This document shows positions 48,678 to 55,126 of a stretch of 55,126 nucleotides of DNA, one piece after another. How positions within the stretch are numbered: the stretch's first letter is position 1; each line of letters starts with the position of its first letter. Below the pieces are notes generated by a model that saw nothing but the letters and a program-made list of their open reading frames with translations, was not told the DNA's origin and searched no databases. Made by a program: the position numbers and the translations under genes. The stretch lies in the sequence record SRR22947727_234, one strand, 5' to 3'.

Positions 48678-50705
48678 ATGCGAGACCTCACAAGACTTCT
48701 TAAACCCAAGTCTATCGCTGTCATCGGCGGTGGCGCTTGGTGTGCCTCAATTATCTCAGCGGCCGAGCAGATTGGGTTTGACGGTGTTTTGCATCCGGTG
48801 CACCCCAGCGGAAAACAGATCGCAGGCCGTAAATCATTGCCCAGCCTAGAGGCGTTTCCCGGCCCCATTGACGCCGCCTTCATCGGCGTGAACCGTCATG
48901 CCACCCTAGAGGTCGTGGCACAGCTGCGCAGTTTAAAGGCCGGGGGAGCCACGTGTTTTGCCTCGGGTTTTTCCGAAGCGGCTGCCGAAGATTCCGCGGC
49001 GCAAGATCTTCAAGCGCAGCTGATTAAGGCCGCCGGGGATATGCCAATATTGGGGCCCAATTGCTATGGTTTTGTGAATGCTTTTGATGGCTGCGCTATT
49101 TGGCCTGATCAACATGGGTGCCGCAGAGTCGACAAGGGCGTCGCGATTTTGACCCAAAGCTCGAACATCGCCATCAACCTAACGATGCAGAACCGCGGTC
49201 TTCCAATTGGCTATATGCTCACCTGTGGCAACCAGGCTCAAACCTCCCAAACCGATATCGCGTTGCAGCTATTGGACGATGCGCGTGTCACAGCAATTGG
49301 CCTGCACATCGAAGGATTTGGCAATCTGCGCGGGTGGGAGACCCTCGCCCAGAAAGCCCGCAGCAAGGGCATCGCCTTGATTGCCTTGAAATCTGGAGTA
49401 TCGCAGCAAGCCCAAGCGGCAGCTGTGTCCCATACCGCCTCTTTGACCGGCAGTGATACCGGGGCTGACGCCTTTCTCCACCGTTTGGGCATTCGCCGGG
49501 CGCGGAGCCTGCCGGTATTTCTAGAGGCCCTTAAACTTGCCCATCAATTTGGGCATTTATCCAGCAACCACATTGCCTCAATTTCCTGTTCAGGGGGAGA
49601 GGCCGCCTTAGCTGCCGATACTGCGCAGGGCACTGGGCTGGTTTTTCCACCGCTTAACCCGCGGCAAGTCAAGGATCTCAGCGCGGCCTTGGGGCCGATG
49701 GTGGCCCTGGCCAACCCGCTGGATTATCACACGTATATTTGGCGCAACCAAGCGGCCATGACGCAGGCTTGGGCGGCGATGGCAGATGATGATATTGCCA
49801 TGACCTTACTGATCAGTGACTACCCACGGGCGGATCTTTGCGATGCCAGCGATTGGGAGTGTGTCACGCAGGCCGCGATAGAGGCCACGCGGCGCACCGG
49901 GCGGCCCTATGCGGTGGTGGCGAGCCTGGCGGAACTTTTGCCAGAACACACCGCAAAAACCCTGATGGACCATGGTGTTGGCGCCATTCACGGGCTGGAT
50001 CATGGGCTGGACGCTTTGGATCTTTTGTCCCGCCCCATGGCGCCGCCGGCCGACCCTGTGCTTTTGCCGGGCAGCGACCGCGACGCGGGGCTCCTCGATG
50101 AGCAAAGCGCCAAACTGGCACTGGCGGCCTGTGGTCTGAAGATCCCGAAATCCGTCGCCGTCACCGATCGCAGCACGGCCGGGCCGGCTGCAGCTGAGGT
50201 CGGCTTTCCTGTCGCGCTGAAAACTCTGGGGCTTGCGCATAAGACCGGAGCCAATGGGTTGGCTTTGGGCTTGACCACTCCGGCGGAGGTCGAAGCCGCA
50301 GCACAAAGCTTGGCCGATGGGCCGCTCTTGGTCGAGCGCATGGTGGCCGGGTCTTTGGTTGAAGTTTTGGTCGGCGTCACGCGCGATCCGGCGCATGGGT
50401 TTGTTTTGACCCTTGGCGCAGGCGGTACGATGACCGAAGTGTTGCGCGATCGTGCAAGCCTGCTCATTCCTGCAAGCCGCAAGGAGGTGAAAGCGCGGCT
50501 CATGGGATTGAAAATCGCGCCGCTCCTAAAGGGGTTTCGCGGCAAGCCGCCCGTTAATCTAGACGCACTCCTCGACTCCATTGACGCCGTGCAGGCCTAT
50601 GTGCTTGCCAATGCAGAGCAGGTGGAGGAAGTTGAGATCAACCCGCTGATCTGTACACAGGAGGCGGCAATTGCCGCCGATGCCTTGATAAGGAAAGCCC
50701 AATGA
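48678..50705 (+). CDS. ADP-forming acyl-CoA synthetase (fused CoA-binding and ATP-grasp domains)
   Basis: GPNCYG, SHTASL, NPLD, HKT, EINPL. Confidence 0.88.
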   Translation: MRDLTRLLKPKSIAVIGGGAWCASIISAAEQIGFDGVLHPVHPSGKQIAGRKSLPSLEAFPGPIDAAFIGVNRHATLEVVAQLRSLKAGGATCFASGFSEAAAEDSAAQDLQAQLIKAAGDMPILGPNCYGFVNAFDGCAIWPDQHGCRRVDKGVAILTQSSNIAINLTMQNRGLPIGYMLTCGNQAQTSQTDIALQLLDDARVTAIGLHIEGFGNLRGWETLAQKARSKGIALIALKSGVSQQAQAAAVSHTASLTGSDTGADAFLHRLGIRRARSLPVFLEALKLAHQFGHLSSNHIASISCSGGEAALAADTAQGTGLVFPPLNPRQVKDLSAALGPMVALANPLDYHTYIWRNQAAMTQAWAAMADDDIAMTLLISDYPRADLCDASDWECVTQAAIEATRRTGRPYAVVASLAELLPEHTAKTLMDHGVGAIHGLDHGLDALDLLSRPMAPPADPVLLPGSDRDAGLLDEQSAKLALAACGLKIPKSVAVTDRSTAGPAAAEVGFPVALKTLGLAHKTGANGLALGLTTPAEVEAAAQSLADGPLLVERMVAGSLVEVLVGVTRDPAHGFVLTLGAGGTMTEVLRDRASLLIPASRKEVKARLMGLKIAPLLKGFRGKPPVNLDALLDSIDAVQAYVLANAEQVEEVEINPLICTQEAAIAADALIRKAQ

Positions 50706-51481
50706 GCCCGATTAAAACCTATGTTGAAGATGCAATCTTGCACGTCACGCTGGACCGTCCAAAAGCCAATGCGATTGATTTGGCCACCAGCAAGATCATG
50801 GGCGAAACATTTGCCGCCTTCCGCGATGATCCAAGCCTCCGGGTGGCGATCATCACGGGCGCGGGAGACAAATTTTTCTGCCCCGGCTGGGATCTCAAGG
50901 CAGCCGCCGACGGGGATGCGGTGGATGGCGATTACGGGGTCGGCGGTTTTGGCGGCTTGCAGGAGCTGCGTGACCTCAACAAGCCGGTCATTGCTGCGGT
51001 GAATGGTATCTGCTGCGGCGGCGGTTTAGAATGGGCGCTCTCAGCAGATATTATCCTCGCCGCAGATCACGCCAGCTTCGCCCTGCCTGAAATTCGCTCT
51101 GGGACAGTGGCCGATGCGGCCTCCATCAAAGTGCCCAAGCGCATTCCCTACCATATCGCGATGGAATTGCTCCTCACCGGGCGGTGGTTTGACGTGCAGG
51201 AAGCAAAATCATGGGGGCTCGTCAACCATTCCTACCCCGCGGAAGATTTGATGGCAAAGGCTTGGGACATGGCGCGATTGCTGGCAAGCGGTCCCCCTCT
51301 CGTCTATGCGGCGATCAAAGAGATCGTGCGCGATGCCGAGGACAGTAAATTTCAAGACAGCATGAATCGCATCACCCAAAGGCAATTGGCCTCAGTCGAT
51401 ATTCTCTATGCCTCAGAAGATCAGCTAGAGGGCGCACAGGCCTTTGCCGAGAAACGCGACCCAATCTGGAAGGGCAAGTAA
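50702..51481 (+). CDS. caiD: carnitinyl-CoA dehydratase / crotonobetainyl-CoA hydratase
   Basis: LDRPKANAID, GWDLKAAADG..DGDYGVGGFGGL, closely CaiD-like. Confidence 0.8.
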   Translation: MSPIKTYVEDAILHVTLDRPKANAIDLATSKIMGETFAAFRDDPSLRVAIITGAGDKFFCPGWDLKAAADGDAVDGDYGVGGFGGLQELRDLNKPVIAAVNGICCGGGLEWALSADIILAADHASFALPEIRSGTVADAASIKVPKRIPYHIAMELLLTGRWFDVQEAKSWGLVNHSYPAEDLMAKAWDMARLLASGPPLVYAAIKEIVRDAEDSKFQDSMNRITQRQLASVDILYASEDQLEGAQAFAEKRDPIWKGK

Positions 51482-51487
51482 CGAAAT

Positions 51488-51515
51488 CGATCTACCCAGC
51501 CAGCTGGGTAGATCG
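51488..51515. terminator. hairpin between the convergent caiD and lipoprotein genes
   Basis: CGATCTACCCAGC-CA-GCTGGGTAGATCG. Confidence 0.75.
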
Positions 51516-51543
51516 CGCAATACCTTCAGAATGCAAACTCAGA

Positions 51544-51870
51544 TCACATGCTGCAGCCTTTTTTCGTGCTCAATGCAACCAAATGTTCTTTGCGCTCTTT
51601 TGCGGCTTTAATCGCGTCATTTGCATTGGAATATGTCCCAATAATCGCCGGCCAGAAGATCACCGCCGCGGCCACATTTGTGCCGGTAATGCCCTTTTCC
51701 TTCTGCGCTTTGCTCTCAAACTCGTTCGCTTCTTGAATTTCAGCGGCCAGCTGTTTGCAGCTGAACTTGTCATCGCCCATTTGCTTTGTGTCGACCACCT
51801 CAGGCGATGCACAGGCTGTCAAAGATGCCGCGATACCGGCGAATACAATCCATTTAAAAGTCTTTATCAT
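51544..51870 (-). CDS. hypothetical lipoprotein
   Basis: Lipobox LTAC; SCKQL...KKGC cysteine pair. Confidence 0.75.
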   Translation of the reverse strand: MIKTFKWIVFAGIAASLTACASPEVVDTKQMGDDKFSCKQLAAEIQEANEFESKAQKEKGITGTNVAAAVIFWPAIIGTYSNANDAIKAAKERKEHLVALSTKKGCSM

Positions 51871-51965
51871 AGGGTCTCTCTCTTTTCCCATTAAGAATGC
51901 CCTCACCTACCGAGAATTAGTTTACAATTGTTCAAGCCCAAAATAACAAAAATATCGGCTCAATT

Positions 51966-52391
51966 TTACGATTGGGCCCAACCCAATTCGCGCAGCGCCC
52001 AGCTGGAATTCCAAATTTTCGTGACATGCGCCACCTTCCCTGCATCATTCATTTTAATGACATAGACATAATGGGAATTGGTCTCTTTTCCGGTTGGCGC
52101 AACCGGGCCGCCGTCGCCTGTATGCGCGGCAATAAAGGTGCTAAAAAACAATGCACAGTTACTTTCCGCATCCCACGCTGAGCTGTGCAACTTATAGCGT
52201 GCGCCCGCCAAAGCCGTCGTGCCCAAACCGGCCAACCATCCGGCATAGTCTTGGACCGTTTCTATCCCAGAAAGCGCCTGAGCCTGGCACTCAAAGCTTG
52301 CACCTTCGGCAACATAGAGCGCCGTGCCGCTGGGGCCCTCGAGCCCTTCGCAGGCGTGAAAAAATTTGGTCGCGTTGTTAAATGCAGACAT
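51966..52391 (-). CDS. SnoaL/NTF2-like protein
   Basis: HTGDGGPVAPTGK...YVY...GKVAHVTKIWN. Confidence 0.75.
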   Translation of the reverse strand: MSAFNNATKFFHACEGLEGPSGTALYVAEGASFECQAQALSGIETVQDYAGWLAGLGTTALAGARYKLHSSAWDAESNCALFFSTFIAAHTGDGGPVAPTGKETNSHYVYVIKMNDAGKVAHVTKIWNSSWALRELGWAQS

Positions 52392-52665
52392 TGATATCTC
52401 CCTAAATCACTTTGGCAGGAAACTGCGCCACCCAAACGAAAACTTGAAAACCGAAACATCCCTCAAGAATTGGGCTTTGTGGTCACCAATTAAAAAATTG
52501 AAACTAATTATGTAAATCATATACTTATAAGATATCCTGTCAAGGTGGAATCCCGTGAGACGGTCCAAATCATAGCGCGACCTTATCTGTAAACCGGCGG
52601 GGTTTGGGCGGGCCTTGACAAAATCACCCCTTCTCGCAGCCGCCTTTTGCCCCTATGACCCCCCT

Positions 52666-53511
52666 ATGACCAAGACACTTCTTTGCATCGGCTATGGGTT
52701 TTCCGCCCGCGCCTTGACCCCTCTGCTTCACCCCCTGGGTTGGACCATCACCGGCACCACGCGCAGCGCCGAAAGGGCGGAGGCTATGCGCGCCGAAGGG
52801 GTTATCCCGATCATCTGGCCGGGCACTGATCTCGATGGCGCGCTCAAGGCGGCGTCGCATCTTTTGATCTCTGCCGCACCAAGCCCAGATGCTGGTGATC
52901 CTCTGCTGGCCCAAATGGACCTCAGCGCCTATAGGTTTGACTGGGTGGGATATCTGTCAACCACGGGTGTCTATGGCAATCACGATGGTGCCTGGGTCGA
53001 TGAAGCCACCCCTCTCACCCCCAGCACCCGGCGTGGCAGATTGCGGGTTGCAGCTGAATCCGCTTGGCAAGCCACTGGCCTGCCGCTGCATATCTTCCGC
53101 TTGGCCGGCATTTACGGGCCAGGCCGTGGTCCATTTTCCAAAGTCCGCAATGGCACCGCACGCAGGATTATCAAGGCAGGGCAGATGTTCAGCCGCATTC
53201 ATGCCGATGACATCGCCCAAGTCGTCGCCGCGTCAATCGCGCAACCACGCCCGGGAGCGGTCTATAATCTATGCGATGATGATCCAGCCCCGCCGCAAGA
53301 CGTGCTGGCCTATGCAGCCGAGCTCTTGGGCCTGCCGCTGCCGCCCGAGGTGGATTTTGACTCCGCTGATATGACCCCCATGGCCCGAAGTTTTTATGCG
53401 GAGAACAAGCGCGTGCGCAATGATTTGATCAAATCAGAGCTTGGGGTGCGCTTAAAATATCCAAGCTACAAGGAAGGGCTGCAAAGCCTCCTGAAATTGG
53501 AAATCTCTTAA
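52666..53511 (+). CDS. NAD-dependent epimerase/atypical SDR
   Basis: GYGFSA, YLSTTGVYG, RLAGIYGPGR, FSRIH. Confidence 0.88.
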   Translation: MTKTLLCIGYGFSARALTPLLHPLGWTITGTTRSAERAEAMRAEGVIPIIWPGTDLDGALKAASHLLISAAPSPDAGDPLLAQMDLSAYRFDWVGYLSTTGVYGNHDGAWVDEATPLTPSTRRGRLRVAAESAWQATGLPLHIFRLAGIYGPGRGPFSKVRNGTARRIIKAGQMFSRIHADDIAQVVAASIAQPRPGAVYNLCDDDPAPPQDVLAYAAELLGLPLPPEVDFDSADMTPMARSFYAENKRVRNDLIKSELGVRLKYPSYKEGLQSLLKLEIS

Positions 53512-53520
53512 TCCTAGGCG

Positions 53521-55126
53521 TTAGGCTCGGACTTTGAGAGAGGCGATGCCGAGCGTTTGCAAAACTTTGTCGTGAATATCCTGCGCAGACAGTTTGGCTT
53601 CGCGGTACATATCCGCCGGGCTGGCGTGATCGATGAAACTGTCCGGCAGAACCATGGAGCGATATTTAAGACCGTGATCAAACACCGCCTCCTCTGCCAA
53701 AAGCTGGGCCACATGGCTGCCAAAACCACCGATGGCGCCCTCTTCAATGGTGATTAAAACCTCATGATCGGCGGCCAATTTAAGGATCATCTCCCGATCC
53801 AAGGGTTTGGCGAAGCGGGCATCGGCGATGGTAGGAACAATCCCTTGGGCCGCCAGAGTTTCCGCCGCAATACGCACCTCTCCCAAGCGGGTGCCAAATG
53901 ACAGGATCGCAACCTGACTGCCCTTTTGCACGATGCGGCCCTTGCCGATGTCCAGCGGTGCCGGATTTTGTGGCAGGTCACAACCAACGCCCTCACCGCG
54001 CGGGAACCGGAAGGCGATCGGCCCATCGTCATAGGCCGCTGCTGTTGCCACCATATGACACAGCTCTGCCTCATCGGCCGCAGCCATGACGACAAAACCC
54101 GGCAGATTGGCCAGAAACGCAATATCAAACGATCCCGCATGGGTCGCCCCATCGGCGCCCACCAAACCCGCCCGATCAATCGCAAAACGCACGGGCAAGC
54201 GTTGAATCGCCACGTCATGCACAACCTGATCATAGCCGCGCTGCAAAAAGGTGGAATACATGGCGCAAAATGGCTTCATGCCACCCGCGGCCAGGGCAGC
54301 TGCAAAAGTCACCCCGTGCTGCTCGGCAATCCCCACGTCAAAACATCGGCTGGGATAGCGTTCGGCAAAAAGATTAAGCCCCGTGCCATCAGGCATGGCG
54401 GCCGTCACCGCGCAGATTTTTGGATCTTGTTGCGCCTGCTCAAGCAAAGACTTGGCAAAAACAGATGTATAGGAAGGTGCATTGGGGATGGATTTGGCCT
54501 GTGTGCCGGTCACCACGTCAAATTTTCCGACCCCATGACCTTTATCACGCGCAGCTTCCGCCGGGCCGTACCCCTTACCCTTTTGGGTGATGACATGGAT
54601 CAACATCGGACCGGTTGCGCGGTCGCGCACCATGCGCAGCACCGGCAGCAATTGCTCAAGATCATGCCCATCAATGGGGCCGAGATAGCTAAAGCCCAGC
54701 TGCTCAAACATCGTGCCGCCAACGGTCATATGTTTCAGCATTTCCCGCGCACGCTTTGCCCCTTCCTGAAATGGACCAGGCAAAAGCGACACCGCCCCTT
54801 TGGCTGCCGCCTTAAACTCTTGGAAGGGCGCGCCGGTGTAGAGCTGGCTGAGATAAGACGACAAGGCGCCAACAGGCGGGGCAATCGACATTTCATTGTC
54901 ATTTAGAATGACAATCATGCGTTTTTTCAAATGGCCCGCATTGTTCATCGCCTCAAAGGCCATGCCGGCACTCATAGACCCGTCACCAATCACGGCAATG
55001 GCATCACCAATCCCATGTTCGGGCGCACCACCCAAATCACGCGCCACAGCAAAGCCGAGTGCCGCCGAAATGGAGGTTGAGGAATGTGCGGCCCCGAAAG
55101 GATCATAGGGGCTTTCGCTGCGTTTG
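53521..55126 (-). CDS. dxs: 1-deoxy-D-xylulose-5-phosphate synthase, 5' end beyond the window
   Basis: Frame open to the window edge ([21 protein letters not shown]); [25 protein letters not shown]. Confidence 0.97.
   Translation of the reverse strand, partial: KRSESPYDPFGAAHSSTSISAALGFAVARDLGGAPEHGIGDAIAVIGDGSMSAGMAFEAMNNAGHLKKRMIVILNDNEMSIAPPVGALSSYLSQLYTGAPFQEFKAAAKGAVSLLPGPFQEGAKRAREMLKHMTVGGTMFEQLGFSYLGPIDGHDLEQLLPVLRMVRDRATGPMLIHVITQKGKGYGPAEAARDKGHGVGKFDVVTGTQAKSIPNAPSYTSVFAKSLLEQAQQDPKICAVTAAMPDGTGLNLFAERYPSRCFDVGIAEQHGVTFAAALAAGGMKPFCAMYSTFLQRGYDQVVHDVAIQRLPVRFAIDRAGLVGADGATHAGSFDIAFLANLPGFVVMAAADEAELCHMVATAAAYDDGPIAFRFPRGEGVGCDLPQNPAPLDIGKGRIVQKGSQVAILSFGTRLGEVRIAAETLAAQGIVPTIADARFAKPLDREMILKLAADHEVLITIEEGAIGGFGSHVAQLLAEEAVFDHGLKYRSMVLPDSFIDHASPADMYREAKLSAQDIHDKVLQTLGIASLKVRA

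Noticed and set aside
52491..52518. Chromosomal dif site (TTATGTAAAT resembles a XerD arm)
   Set aside because: No recognisable XerC arm 6 bp upstream; probably a chance match in AT-rich DNA.

Overview
Chromosomal window from a marine Roseobacter-group (Rhodobacteraceae) alphaproteobacterium, inferred from gene order, a GTTC-N7-GTTC LexA box and a serC leader RNA. It is mostly compact core genome: rsfS (partial), leuCDB, asd, beta-carbonic anhydrase, M17 peptidase/NlpC, an imuB-like gene, gpmI-ctpA-rppH, serA/serC/serB, rlmN, dapD/dapE, ccdA-thioredoxin, HU, amn, ade, arsC, a gamma-butyrobetaine/carnitine CoA-pathway cluster and dxs (partial). I saw no rRNA, tRNA, CRISPR array, transposase or integrase. 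Five things stand out. (1) An uncharacterised catabolic cluster (BesD-fold HxD 2OG-Fe(II) hydroxylase, GntR, DapA-family lyase, aldehyde dehydrogenase, non-pyrrolysine MttB methyltransferase, flavin oxidoreductase) that may degrade an N-methylated amino acid. (2) A single lower-GC NDT/TIR-like putative defence gene inserted between imuB and gpmI, flanked by degenerate palindromic motifs. (3) An unannotated 20-bp RNA stem with four G-U pairs at 20128-20204, a candidate sRNA. (4) A 33-codon uORF ahead of leuC. (5) A DUF2975-like gene broken by one in-frame TAG. All product calls come from motif recognition by eye; no database searches were run.
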